Assembly (NCBI GenBank): GCA_964016885.1
Contig: OZ024740.1
Location: forward strand, 357,182,001 to 357,246,000
Length of the DNA stretch: 64,000 nucleotides
Origin: Eledone cirrhosa
Lineage: Eukaryota
Reading direction: 5' to 3'
The position numbers and the translations under genes are program-made. The notes beneath the pieces are model-generated. The model saw only the letters and a list, made by a program, of their open reading frames with translations. It was not told where the DNA came from and did no database searches. The number at the start of each line of letters is the position of its first letter. Positions within the stretch are counted from its first letter, which is position 1. Below, in pieces: positions 41,426 to 55,818 of the stretch.

Positions 41426-42882
41426 GTATGTATGTATGTATGTATGTATGTATGTATGTATGTATGTATGTATGTATGTGTGAATGTGTGTGAATGTGTT
41501 TGTCTGTGAGTTCTAGCGCTGACTTAGTAGGTTGTTAGGTGACGCGCGCATCATAGAGATGCGGATATGTCACGTAGATATATAGGACAACTGCGATATG
41601 AGCTGGCGAACCATTTAATTAATCAGCCGTTGGACAGGAGTGACGAAATCCTCTTGACAGAGAAGATCAGCTGTCCAGCTGGACCTAAAATAATAAATAG
41701 CATAGAAATCTCATAATTGTTATGACAAAGTGAGTAAAGACATCTTTATATTATCTAGTCTTCAGAGGACGTGCTTTAAGCGGGCCCAAATAAAGCTTCA
41801 TGCTGACTCAGTCGCCTTGAATTATAATTTACCACCTGAATAACCGGTGGACTGTCAAGCAGTGGGATTAAGGAATGCATGGCTTCTTTATCGTTATTTA
41901 AACAAATTATTTGATCAGGCTTTGTATTTCTTCACTGTGACTCACATCCTATGAGAATGAATGATGTGTGATAGGAACAATCAGAAATGACGATGAATGT
42001 TTCTAGAGTAAAACCTCCATGCATGACAGCTTCAGTGTGATTGCTGTTTTGATATATTCCCTGGGGCAAATAATTCTTTCATATCTTGCTGCAGTGTCGA
42101 GGCAACCCTAATTTAAAGGTAGCACTTTACTTAAATTTGGTAGGTGTCTATAAAATGTATCTTAAAGAAAGCTTGCCCTGTTTCCTACTCAGGAAACTAC
42201 AACTTGTGATGCATCCTCTTATTACAGTTAAAAGTTTAAGAAATCATACCCCAAGCAACAAATATTGTTACTTAGAATGCTCATACTTCCATAGATGGTT
42301 CTGCTGTTGTAACAAGACAACGTCTACGTGGCCAAAGAGCTTCAGTGCTACAAGATTGACATCTTTATACTCAGTGAAATTTGTTTCCCTAACAAAAATC
42401 TATCATACAGAATGAAGGTGACTGCACATTCATCTGGAAAGTTATTTCATGTCACTTCGCGGTCAAGAAATTAGCATATATATGATTATGTCATAGCATC
42501 TATATGATTATGTCATAGCATCTATATGATTATGTCATTGCCCGTCTCCGGGATGTTCGGGATGTCTATTTCAGTAGAATTATGAAAGGTGCAATGTGCT
42601 GGATGGATAGCCGTTTTATAAACCCCACCCTCTCTGCCATATCTCCCGTACCTGCAAGAAAGCGAGCATTCAAACTATGTTTTGTTGTAGTATCTTTGGG
42701 AAGAGACAAAACCAGGCTTGCATTTTGGATAAACTTCAGTTTATGTACGTATCCCCCCCCCCCCCCCCCCCCCCCCCCAAATCAGAAAACTGAAATTGAA
42801 GATCATAGGAATTGGTTGCTTGAAATTCTGCAATCGACTGGCTTGCTAGGTTAATTTATGAAATATACACACACACACATGC

Positions 42883-42940
<58 letters not shown>

Positions 42941-44357
42941 TCTCTCTCACACACACGCGCACACACTCTCTCTCTTTCTCTCTCTCCTCTTCCTTTTTCA
43001 CTCACTCTCTTTCGTTATCTATTTCTTTTTTTCTGTCTCCACTTCTTTTTCAATCTTATTGTTTTACAGAGGCTTTTTCCAGTGTGCTGGGGAACATCAT
43101 CTCGTGATGCAACGTCGACAAAGGGGCTTAATAAAAGAGTCAAATGAAGAAATACAAACCCTCCACAAATAGTTGTTTTTAATGATGATAAAGAAGCCAT
43201 GTATTCCTTAATAAAAGGATCAAACAATCCTCTTCTGAGTTCGGGAAACTTTGCACTTATGAGAAAGTCACTGTTTACCAAGATGTCTGTACCTTAACTC
43301 TGTTGTATGGCTGCGAAGTAAATTTGAACATTAGATATCTTCCACATTCATTGCCTGGAACATGTCCATGAAATTATTTAAAAGGACAAAATTCCCCGTA
43401 CTGAATTTTCAGACATGCGCAATCCGTCAGCGTCGAAGCTATGACCACGAGGTGAATTCTCCACCAGATGAGACACGCATTCCATGTGAATGAGTCCTAA
43501 CTGCCAAGAATATTGTTCTGCAGCAAGTTAACAGAAGGTTTTTGTCAACACAATTGTCCTAAGAAATGTTGGAAAGATCAACAGAAGCGCATCCTCACTG
43601 CAAGTGAAATTCCTGCCCTGCCCTGCCAAATATCTTGGTAATTTACTATAGATAAGACTGTGTGAAAAAGCTCAGAGAGATGATCAAAGGATAGCCCATC
43701 ATCATTGTCAGATTCGGTCGCCAAGAAAACAATGGTGCTATTGTTCATCGTGGGTAGTTGGCAACCTAATTATCTTCCACACAAACTGAAACAAATAAAT
43801 GGATTATCCATGTATTATGTACCATGTACCATGAACGTTTTCCTCGGGAAGAATTATTGGGACAAGTGTGGCTGTTGAATTACAGGTGTTGTCTATACCA
43901 TAGTCTTCCATTTTCTTTTCAAATTGCCCAAAAGGTTTTGGCCTAAACGAGGTGGCTATTATAAATAAATTTTAAAATGCCTGACCGAGATACCACGTAG
44001 TTGGGTCGAACCTGGGACCTCCTGATTATGATGCCAACTTCTCAGCCAGTCGAGTACGCCTACGCCCATTGACCTTCTATATTATGATATGCATTACACA
44101 ATTGAATGAAAAATATTGGTTTCTTTTGGCTATAATGAAGAGAATTCTGTGGAGACGTTCACAACATTTTCCAAGGTGGATGTAAAATGTTTACAATCAA
44201 AGTTTCTCTGAGTCTGATAGGACTGATAGAATCGTGGATGAATGTGTTAGAACGTTGCGGGAAGTAATGGTTCATGAGTACAATACCTATCCGAAGAACT
44301 TATAAATGACATCTGATGACGAAGGGCGACTAGATGATCCGAAACACAGCGAGTAAT

Positions 44358-44541
44358 AATTGTTTCTACGTTAGGCACAAGGCCAGCAATTACCCAGTGC
44401 ATTACTGGTACTTTATTTTATCGACCCCGTAAGGATGAAAGGCAAAGTTAACCTTGGCGGGATTTGAACTCAGAATGGAAAGGGCCGTAACTCTATACGT
44501 CAAAGCATGGCGTCCGACCCTCTACCAATACTGCCAATCCA
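44358..44541 (-). mobile_element. tRNA-derived SINE followed by a second tandem copy
   Basis: Same family; ACAGCGAGTAATAATTGTTTCT is duplicated at 44346 and 44542; a second partial copy extends to ~44700. Confidence 0.8.
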
Positions 44542-46125
44542 ACAGCGAGTAATAATTGTTTCTGCATTTGGCTCAAAGCCAGCAATTTCATGAGAAGGTG
44601 CAAGTCGATTAAATCGACTCCAGCGCGTTGCTGCTACTTCATTTTATTGACCCCCGTAAGGATGAAACGCAAAGCAAACCTCGACGGGATTTGAATTCAA
44701 CACAGCCTGTAATAATTTCTAGCCTTAACACACGGCTACACATTTTGTGATGGGTAGATACAGGTGATTAATCCTACACACGCTCATAAAGGGATATAAC
44801 TAGTCATCGAAACCAATTTTCATATTCTACGTTCTGAATTCTACGTTCAAATTTCACTGAGGATAGTTTTTTTTCCAAGTCGATAAAAGAGCTACCAGCT
44901 ACACAGTGGTAAATTTGATTGTCATAGGTTGCCGAACAACAGTTACATTGATGTACATTTCGCCAGTTCATAATAATGAGGTCGATGCCGGGTCTTCTAA
45001 TGAACTTGAGGCATGAAAGAAACTTTAACCACACGGCTCTACTTTCAATTTTATAACCAGTTCCCTGATGCCGACACGAACAAAACTGAATGGACATCAA
45101 TAATGTTAGAAAAGCTACAGCACACCCCACCCAGCTCGGTCTCTTTCTCAACGACAGGCGACGTACACAAGAATTTGTGCTGAAACATCGTACACTAATT
45201 AGATTCAATCAAGACTCACAGATGCATTCCCTCACCCACAAACGTTTCCAGATATTCGCCACACTGTCTCTATGTTGATTAAATCACTAGAAATGAATGA
45301 ATGAGTCTACTCTTGGGCTACACAATAAACTTTCTAACCACACATTTTCTAACCATCCATTCCACCCAAGAGCTATCATTTAATTAATCGTATGAATAAT
45401 TTTGTTTTAAATATGAAGCAAATAGCTTTGCATTTTTCAGCGGCCTGATTTAGAGTTCTTCTTATTGTTGTTTGCGTTATTTTTTTGATTGTAACTAAAT
45501 CAGAGAGGGAAGACTTCTGCTTTTGATATTTAAAACAAGAACTCCAGCTGTTTTAATAATTGGATAGCAAAATCTCTAAATTTAACTTTGATATACGACG
45601 AAAATCTAAGTTGCATGTTAATGCTGTGTAAGAACCAACCAGTTTCTAAATGAGAAGTACTTACATACTGAATAAACTGACATATCGGTTTTCCGGCTGC
45701 ATAGATACCTAAGAAACCTAATTACGATTGTTTTAGTTTAGTTTCACGTTAGCTCTAACAAAGTAGTTCTATGGCCTAATGCGTTCTATCCATGACCATG
45801 TCATCTTGTGCTTCAGTCATAGTGTATCTGGGACTGTATTATCTAATGTGATTACCTTTTTTCAGCTGTTAATTCTCCCCAATTACTGTTAAAGTGAATA
45901 TCTAGAGGAAAATAATTTATACGTATATTTGCAGAATATGGCACGCCAGAATCCAACTACTCAGTTTGCAGTGATGCATAGCAATATATATTAATGTGCA
46001 GCTGCAATCTACATAAATAACGCTTAACAATGGAATGAAATTGAAGATAATCTATTATACACCAAACAAAATGTATTACTTAAAATATTTGATGGCAATT
46101 GACTACGAAATATTTTAATTTAAGT

Positions 46126-46226
<101 letters not shown>

Positions 46227-46254
46227 GGTAAACAGAAATATATATATTGTTGTT

Positions 46255-46565
46255 GTTGGACCTCCGTCGCTTCCGACGTCGGGTGTTCCAGCTAATCAAA
46301 CAACGGAGTATCTTAATTAACGTGCTAGTAGCTGAATATTCTACAGATCATGTACCTTTAACGTTGTTCCCAAGAAGATTTAGCTTGACACCACTGTGTT
46401 ACAAGACTATCTCTTCGAATTACAGGTACAACACAATTTGTCAACCGAGTAGATTGGAGCAAATGTAAAATAAAATGTCATGAAAAAGAACAAAACACGC
46501 CTCCAAGAATCAAGCTCATAACCTTATGATCGTGAGTCGAACACTCTAACCACTAAGACACATAC
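46255..46565 (-). mobile_element. Second tRNA-derived SINE family, degenerate
   Basis: Minus-strand head TAGTGGTTAGAGTGTTCGACTCACGATCATAAGGTTATGAGCTTGATTC; related bodies at ~28780-28940 and 46820-46975. Confidence 0.55.
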
Positions 46566-47594
46566 CTCAGTCAGTAGGCAAAAATGCAGACCTTGCAAAC
46601 CTCTAAAAACCCAAACGGGGAGTATCATGAAAAAAAGGGCCCTCAAACGGGGAGAAATGAGACAAAATAGGAAGATTTTACATAATGAAAGCTATTCCCA
46701 TTTTCACAGAAGAAGACATCTCAGACCCACCCCAAATTGGATGGGAGATCTCCCCGTCGGACGGGGAGAGTTGACAGGTCTGAAAATGTGTTCTGTCTGT
46801 AATTCAAAGGACTAACTTTATCCCCCTTCTGTCACGCTCAATCTTCATGAGAACAACGTTGTGGGCACACATGTGTGAGAAATATCTAGCCAGTTACATG
46901 TTAATTGTACGAGCAGGCTATTTTTTAGTTTCATCAACTGGAACACTCATCATTTGAACCGACGGAGGCCCAAGAACAATAAACTAGTGTTAAACTTTTA
47001 TGTAGTGAAACGTTTACAGGAAATATTACTGTACATCGATGTGAGGACTCGTCGAGACATTATATAATCACGCAAATAAATTATCAATAATATATCAAGT
47101 TCCCGCAACCGGTGCAGTTAGTCGTTGTGGTGCTACGTTTGACTGTGTCCATCATGGCATTTCAGTGCCCATCTCCTTTCCACGCGTAATATATAGAAAT
47201 ATTAATAGGGAAAAACCCAACCACTGAAAAATATTGAACATATTTTGGTCTAAAACCATATTTTAACAAAGCACAAATGAATTCAAACTGCAGGATAATG
47301 GTTTCACTGTGAACAATATGAGAAATCTCTTATAAGTCGTCGCACCGAAGAAAAACTCTATCATTTTGAAATGCGAGGAAACCCTTTGTCTTAAATGCAC
47401 ACTGGAGAAATTTAATCCAACTTTTACTTCTGATGACAAATATACCTATGCAAAGACACACATATTTGACCCAGAACGCGTAACTCCCAATAGAGTCGTA
47501 GGGTTGTCATCGTTGCATACGGCATGTCTTGGTATTTTCAATCTATAGGAGTCCATCCCTTTCCAGATTCTAAAACACCCGATTTCTTCCAGAG

Positions 47595-47685
<91 letters not shown>

Positions 47686-47726
47686 CGAAACATAAGTCAA
47701 TTGCATGAACTCATAATCCTTTATTT

Positions 47727-47782
47727 ACTGCTATATATATTTCGATGATAGCCATTGAATGGCTATGACCTCATCAGGCAGT
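47727..47782 (-). ncRNA. Minimal hammerhead ribozyme (family B) in a short insert within (TA)n
   Basis: Minus strand ACTGC-CTGATGA-GGTCATAGCCAT TCA ATGGCTATCATC-GAAA-TATATA-TA^-GCAGT: intact core, G-C closed stem II, 5-bp stem I, palindromic TATATA. Confidence 0.85.
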
Positions 47783-47826
47783 TAGTCAGTTCTTAGATAT
47801 GCCAGCTCTGTGTGTATAGTGTTGAT

Positions 47827-47861
<35 letters not shown>

Positions 47862-47941
47862 CGAAGGAAATGCGGTAAGGAACCAGGTGGACCATAACGC
47901 ACCAAAGTACTCAATACTTAAGGTAGCAGAGTGGGTAATAG

Positions 47942-48049
47942 GAACGAGTAGGACCCCGACGGCTGAGCTCAAGCCGTTTCGACGGCTAATTCAGTCCAGA
48001 ATTAGCCGTCGAAACGGTTTGAGCTCAGCCGTCGGGGTCCTACTCGTTC
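47942..48049. repeat. Near-perfect 51-bp-arm hairpin built from the 3' half of a hammerhead (PLE-type inversion)
   Basis: Arms 47942-47992 and 47999-48049 with one mismatch and a 6-nt loop; each arm carries GAAA-CGG..TGAGCTCA..CCG-TC (stem III with palindrome plus GUC) but no CTGANGA. Confidence 0.8.
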
Positions 48050-48158
48050 TTATATATATATATATATATATAATATATATATATATAATATATATATATA
48101 GAGAGAGAGAGAGAAAGAGAGAGAGAGAGTAGATAGATAGAGAGAGAGAAAGAGAGAA

Positions 48159-48202
<44 letters not shown>

Positions 48203-48810
48203 TAGATAGATAGAGAGAAAGAGAGAGAGATCGACCCTAGTACTTAACTGGCACTTATTTTATCGACCGCCAAATGATGAAGAGCAAAGTTGAACTCGGC
48301 GTGATTTGAACTTAAAACGCATAGAGCCGGACTGGATACTGCAAAGTATCATTTTATGAGGTTCTAACGATTCTGTCAATTCGACACCTTCACCCATGCA
48401 ATAAACATGCTCAATTAAACATACACACTGACAGCTAAAGAGAATATAAGTACGGGCTGTGGGTGGGCCTCATCGCGTACCGTTGTAGTTGTTTTAAAAG
48501 AAACAGGAAGACAACAACTGGAAAGTTTGATTTTCTACTTAATATGTTGTCTTCATCTTTCAGTTCCTTTCCTTTCTCCTAAACTCTAATTACAGTAGAT
48601 AGACTGATAAAAGGTTTGAAGCATTTTTTCTGTGGAGATGAAACAGTAATTTAAGATGTTTAAGCCAGTGCTTTAAGAGAGTACAATAGTGGATAAATTT
48701 CATGATACACACACCTTACGATACACCTTAAATATAATACTTCATGTTTTCCAGTTACATTTATATATTTATATATTTTCTGATGCCAAATATTGGCGTA
48801 GATGTGATGA

Positions 48811-48876
<66 letters not shown>

Positions 48877-48976
48877 ACGTTTACTGACTTGAAAAATAAG
48901 CACTGGGATCGATGTGATCAACTAAATTTCATCAAGGTTGTGCCTAGAATGGCCGCAGCCTAATGACAGAAGTAAG

Positions 48977-49018
<42 letters not shown>

Positions 49019-49121
49019 TATTCACATTTATCATTAATATATATATGTATTCTACATTATCTATTGAGTACGCTGAAATACAACCGGTCCTGGCATTGTT
49101 AAATATGCTGGGTCCGTCAAC

Positions 49122-49153
<32 letters not shown>

Positions 49154-50214
49154 ACATAATATATATGTACATACACTACACAGAAACAGACGGATACACA
49201 TGCGTGCATGCATACATACATACATAATTGCATATACACGTGGATATAGAAACATACGTATACATATAATTTAAAACACGGATCCACACGTGTAATGACG
49301 TCCGTAAGCACATATCTGCAAACATATATTCATTATCAAGTTAATGTCAGAATTCCAATGAAAGATTTTTCTTTTGAGGTTAGAAATCGTTTTTCTCTAT
49401 TGATGGCAAACTTAAAAAAAACAACCAGAAGAACACACACATACACATACATACATGCATGCATACATACATGATGGCTGCCCCTCGTTATCGAGTATGG
49501 CCATTGCACGATATACTATTATTAATAATTATTAATTAATTCTATCGTGCAATGCCTGTGCATGAAGATATTTTTTTAAGTGAGGAAAGACTGTGCACTG
49601 AGCCAATCCCACTCTCTGAGCGACAGTAGCTATAACCCGAAAAGAAGAAAATATCAACATCATCTGTAACTACTGAGCCCCAGGTTTTATATCGGAGTTA
49701 TCCCAGTTTCCTGAGTTGCCTTCTCCCAGAAGAATGCCCTGACAAAAGCTAGGGGTCCTTCACTCCCAGTGATTTAACCGCGCGATCGGGTGTCCAGCCC
49801 GACTATTTCTATGTCCCCGCGCATATACATACACATGTACCCATGTATACACACATATACATACATATGTACATATACATACATATGTACATGCATACAT
49901 ACATACATACATACATACAAGGGCCTTGTTTCTGGGGGGTACCAAGGGAACCCCCCCCCCCCCCAACACACACACACACACTTTTTTAAACCTTTATGTT
50001 ATATTTTTTGTTTATTTGATACAATAAATTCTTTTTAATCTTATTTGTTTTATATCTGAACTTCATTTGAATATATAAAATTTAATCAGCGTAAAATTTT
50101 ACTTACGTGATAGGGTCCCGGAAAGGAACCATAAGCAATACTAACGTGCTACTTTAAGAATCAACAGATGTTGGTTCGTCCCCCTCACATTTTTAAGGCA
50201 AACGAGGCCCCTGC

Positions 50215-50670
50215 ATGCATACATACATACAAACATACATACATACAAACATACATACATCCATACATACATACATACATACAAACATACATACAAACAT
50301 ACATACAAACATATATACAAACATACATACATACATACATACAAACATACATACAAACATACATACATACAAACATACATACAAACATACAAACATACAT
50401 ACATACATACAAACAAACATACATACAAACATACATACATACAAACATACATACATACATACATACAAACATACATACATACATACATACATACAGACAT
50501 ACATACATACAAAATACATACATACATACATACATACATACATACATACATACATACATACAAAATACATACATACATACAGACATACATACATACAAAA
50601 TACATACATACATACATACATACAGACATACATACATACAAAATACATACATACATACATACATACATAC
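50215..50670. repeat. Degenerate (CATA/CAAA)n tetranucleotide array
   Basis: Direct reading; one of many (TATG)n/(CATA)n arrays (2740-2830, 3207-3316, 4941-5045, 51185-51287, 51958-52175). Confidence 0.95.
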
Positions 50671-51180
50671 TTGATGGCTGCCCCTCGTTATCGAGTATGG
50701 CCATTGCTAATGAATTCTATCGTGCAATGCCTGTGCATGAAGATATTTTTTAAAGGGAAGAAAGACTGTGCACTGAGCCAATCCCACTCTCTGAGCGACA
50801 GTAACTATATCCCGAAAAGAAGAAAATATCAACATCATCTGTAACTACTGAGCCCCAGGTTTTATATCGGAGTCATCCCAGTTTCCTGAGTTGCTTTCTC
50901 CTAGAAGAATGCCCTGACAAAGGTTAGGGGCCCTTTACTCCCAGTGGTTTAACCGTGCGGTGCATGTGTATATACATATGTACACACTTTTGGATGGCCG
51001 TTGACTCTTATGAGTTCTTCCGTCCTTTGTCAGGTTTTGCTTTTGTCCTGCAGGGTGTCCAAAATCACCCTCCACCCCAAGTAAACTTGGTGGGGTTGCC
51101 GGTTTAGTCGCCGACGACCCGACCATGCAACAGGTTGTACTGGGTTACATGTTACCAATAGCACTCAAGCGTGACCCGAT
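50671..51180 (-). mobile_element. Divergent subfamily copy of the TATG-tailed retroposon (partial further copy at ~49471-49790)
   Basis: Shares the blocks GGTCGGGTCG.CGGCGACTAAACCGGCAACCCCACCAAG, CCTGCAGGAC and AAGAGTCAA.GGCCATCCAAAA, and the terminal hairpin ATGGCCATACTCGATAACGAG..GCAGCCATC. Confidence 0.65.
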
Positions 51181-51257
51181 ATAAATACATACATACATAC
51201 AAACATACAAACATACATACATACATACATACATACATACATACATACATACATACA

Positions 51258-51286
<29 letters not shown>

Positions 51287-51289
<3 letters not shown>

Positions 51290-51960
51290 AAAGCTACAAC
51301 AATGTGGAAGACATCCATGTACATAATATGAAAGAGTACTGGTGGAATGTACCAGTAAAAACCCTAATAAAATGCAGGCATAAAGGACCAGATATTATGA
51401 TATGGGACAGGGAGAAGAAAGCATGCACAGTAGTGAAAATTAGCTGCCCAGCAGATGCCAATACAATATCAAAGATTAGTGAAAAAGAGAATATTTATGC
51501 AGAATTGATAAGAAATCTGCAGATACTCCACCCTGATTACACCTTCAGATTTATGCCTGTGATTATTGGGGCACTGGGATATGTTAGTAACTGCCTCAAT
51601 ACAAATCTTGAGAAGCTAGGCTTCACAGGAACAGAAAGAACACAACTAGTTAGGAAACTACAAGTACAATCCATTAATGGAACAGTAAAAATATGTAAAA
51701 CATTCCAAAAATTTTGCATCTAATAACTGCATATACACATGTACAGATACAAGGCATATACACATGCACACATACAACTCAAAACATCCACATCCACACA
51801 TACAATAACATCCATATCTACACATGCATGCATGCAGACATACATACATATCTACCTAGTTGATGTTGTGTAAATTCCAATGAGAGTCTTGTGTCTATGT
51901 TAGAAACAGACTCTCTCTCTATTGGTAAAACTTTGTGAAATTATAAAACCAGAAGAACAT
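51287..51960 (+). mobile_element. R4/Dong-like non-LTR retrotransposon 3' end (restriction-like endonuclease) in (CATA)n
   Basis: ORF 51304-51723 YWWNVPVKT..HKGPDIMIWDREKK.CTVVKISCP...EKENIY..L...PVIIGALG is a PD-(D/E)xK RLE domain of R4-clade type; (CATA)n on both sides. Confidence 0.8.
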
Positions 51961-52200
51961 ACATACATACATACATACATACATACATACATACATACAA
52001 ACATACAAACAAACATACAAACATACATGCATACATACATACATACATACATACATACATACATACAAACATACAAACAAACATACAAACATACATACAT
52101 ACATACATACATACATACATACATACATACATACATACATACATACATACATACATACATACATACATACATACATTGTCACTATTCAAAGTTAACTCAC

Positions 52201-52306
52201 CGCAGTCAGTGAAGCGAAGCACAGATCTTTCTTGTCTTCTTTTACCAGCGAACGTTTTATTTGGTTCCAGCAGAAGCAGGATGAGTAGGGTGGTGAAACC
52301 TTTCAT
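52201..52306 (-). CDS. GM2 ganglioside activator-like (ML domain) protein, coding exon 1 (signal peptide)
   Basis: ATG at 52306; MKGFTTLLILLLLEPNKTFAGKRRQERSVLRFTDC has a hydrophobic leader and an F-x-x-C motif like the GM2A N-terminus; ends TGC G|gtgagt, a consensus phase-1 donor that joins in frame to exon 2. Confidence 0.8.
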
Positions 52307-52515
52307 AGTGGTGTATGGTAGTTGACACTAATTAATGTAATGATAGGTAGATAGATAGATAAATTGATTGATAATCTGATCGATTGTTTGTCTTACACCT
52401 TACTCTAGCAAAATATCTTTAACTCTTCTGTTTCCGGATTCAACAGTTTTCTCTATCAAAATTTCTTCTTAAATCACCTCCACCACCGCAACCCTGCGCA
52501 GCCGCCGCTGCTGTA

Positions 52516-52546
<31 letters not shown>

Positions 52547-52604
52547 ACTGGTTATCAACCCCTGTCCTTTTGATTGTTGCTGTAGTTGTTGTTGTTGTTG
52601 CTGT

Positions 52605-52650
<46 letters not shown>

Positions 52651-52744
52651 AGAGGTGGTAGTGGTGGTGGTTGTTGTAATTTGTTGCTTCATGAATCGGG
52701 CCTGTGCTATAGGTTTTATTGTTGCTGTTTTTGTTGTTACACTT

Positions 52745-52805
<61 letters not shown>

Positions 52806-53769
52806 CAGCGGTGGTGGTGGTGTTGGTGATGGTTGTGCTGGTAGTGGTGGTGGTGGTGGTGGTGGTGGTAGAGTGCAGTAATTGAAATGGACGAGGTAAA
52901 GTGGTGGTGGTGGTGGGGATGCAGTAATTGAAATGAAGTAGTTATGGTAGTGACGATGGTGGTGGTGGTGGTGGTGGTGGTGGTGGTGGCGGTGGTGGTG
53001 GTGGCGACGTATTTATATTTAATTATTATTGCTCTTGCTAGTATTGGTTGTTGTTGTTTAATTATTATTATCTAGCCCCAGGTCATCAATGTTCAAGTTG
53101 GCATATGATGGAAGGCGTTCCAGCCGTGCCAATCCCTTCTTCTATTCAGAGCAAATATTTTATCCAATGTGTCTTCCCACCTTTTAAAAAAAAAAAGAAA
53201 ATAAGGTAAGATTTGAGGGATATTGCGCTATTGTTTCTAGGAAGGCGAGCGACTGTGTAGCGGCCTCTCGTTAGTTGTTGTTGGTTGAAGTAATTGTTGT
53301 TAGTTGTTAGCCGTTATAATTGTTGCTTGTAATGTTTTCCTTGTTATTGTGGATGTGATAGTAATTTTGTCTCAGTGTATATGTTTTTGTTGTTATTGTT
53401 GTTGTATTTTAACCCCAGATCAGCTCTATATGAGTAGATATATGATCAAAACATTTTATGTATTCTTTTTTTTTTTTCTACCTTCTTTGTTTTACTTTAA
53501 GACGATAGGGTATGATTTGAGAAAAATCTGGCTGCTATTTCTAGCAGATGCAGTAATCACCACGTTGAACTGTTGTTATTAGTGCAGTTTTTTTTTCAGC
53601 AGCGTGGCAATATTTACACTGTTTTTGTTGTTGTCATGACGATGTTATTTTAAATTTAATACTAGTTGTTATATTGTTGTTACTGTTGTGATAGACATAT
53701 GGCGTTATTACTGTTTGTTATTGTTATCACATAATAATGATATTTGATGTCACTATTGCTTTTGCTCCT

Positions 53770-53883
53770 GTAGTAGTAGTAGTAGTGGTGGTGGTGGTGG
53801 TGGTGGTGGTGGTGGTGGTGGTGGTGGTGGTGGTGGTGGTGATGGTAGTAGTAGTAGTAGTAGTGGTGGTGGTGGTGGTGGTG

Positions 53884-53930
<47 letters not shown>

Positions 53931-53952
53931 GGTGGTGCTGGTGGTGGTGGTG

Positions 53953-53996
<44 letters not shown>

Positions 53997-54021
53997 GGTG
54001 GTGCTGGTGGTGGTGGTGGTG

Positions 54022-54092
<71 letters not shown>

Positions 54093-54099
54093 GGCGGTG

Positions 54100-54158
<59 letters not shown>

Positions 54159-54174
54159 GGTGCTGGTGCTGGTG

Positions 54175-54245
<71 letters not shown>
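53770..54245. repeat. Compound (GTG)n/(GTA)n trinucleotide array
   Basis: Direct reading; source of the spurious poly-Val ORF. Confidence 0.95.
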
Positions 54246-54716
54246 TACAAGTATAGTTGACGCCGTTTGCTGTTATTTAGCCCAAGGTCAATACTGATTC
54301 AATAGAATTATGATAAATGTGTTCCATCCATGACCATTCCATCATAATTTTAGACAATGCATCAGAAAAATTATTATCTAAACTGTCTTCTTTTTTAAAG
54401 ATAACGTGTGATTTGAAAAAAAAAATAAACTGCTATTTCTAGCAAGCCTAGCGGTTGTGTTATTGCTGTTACTGTGATTTGTTTCGATGGCAGTGCCCAG
54501 AGAAAGTGATGTTCGAAGTTTGTTATTGAAGTTAATGTCATCGTCTTATATATTGACTTACTCCTTCTTCTCCTCCTCTTCCTCCCCACCAACAACCACA
54601 CCCAGCCACCCAACATACCCCTTTCCTACCCACTATACACCATCCACCACCTTTACCACTTCCACCACCTTATCTATTATTCTACCGCTACTTCTTTATC
54701 ATTGTACACACATACA

Positions 54717-54753
<37 letters not shown>

Positions 54754-54816
54754 ATGTATAGATATCATATAGATACACAACACACACACACATATATATA
54801 TAAATATATTTATTAT

Positions 54817-54924
<108 letters not shown>

Positions 54925-55317
54925 ATATATATATATATATATATACACACGCACACACACACATGTATATACTCCTTCTCCTTATTACACTCTGTTTCTC
55001 TGTGCCCACGCTTTACACCACTCTATCCCCCTCTTTCTTGTCATTCCATACCTGACAATCCTCTCCACTTCCAACCAAAGAATGAGCCTTTCTGTGGTCA
55101 CTTCAGCTGCTAGAAATAGCAACAGAATCTCTCTCAATGCACATCCACACCTTAGAAAATGAGACGTTAGATAATGTGGTACAGGGTATCAGCACCTAAC
55201 GTGATGGCCATCAATGAATTGTCTTTCATCGTAGATTTGCTCAATCAGCCCTCACCTGGAACTCAGTAGTAATAAAAACATCAAATTTCACCCCCACACC
55301 ACCCCGTGTGAGGTGAT

Positions 55318-55393
<76 letters not shown>

Positions 55394-55585
55394 CCACATA
55401 TATATATATTACCAATGAAGGTTGGAATATCACTGATGATGGACTAATTTTATTCATATGTAACCCATGTGCAACCACGCAGCACTCCATTTTTCATATA
55501 TATATATATATAGGTATATATATATATATATATATTAGAAAAGGAAAGTAAGGTTCTATACAAAACAGTGGTTATAGAGAAAAGG

Positions 55586-55782
55586 TGAAGTTAGAAATAG
55601 CACGGAAAATATATTTTTTAGGGTCTGTTTTTCTTTTTTTTCCTTTCTTTGATTCCTCAAAGTGACATTATTGAAAAAATGAGAGGGACAATTCTTTTCA
55701 AAAAGAGTTTGACAAATCAAAGAAAGGACAAAAAAAGAAAGACAGACCTTAAAATATATTTTCCGTGCTATTTCCAACTTCA
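55586..55782. repeat. ~68-bp-arm inverted repeat within TA/CA microsatellite region
   Basis: TGAAGTTAGAAATAGCACGGAAAATATATTT...CTTTGATT (55586-55654) mirrored at 55715-55782. Confidence 0.75.

Positions 55783-55818
<36 letters not shown>

Noticed and set aside
41500-43750. Possible ancient full-length RTE remnant
   Set aside because: Only faint motif traces; too decayed to delimit by eye.
44310-44356. CTGATGA...CGAAAC motif before a SINE
   Set aside because: No closing stem II pair and the 3' side is interrupted by the SINE; cannot be folded.
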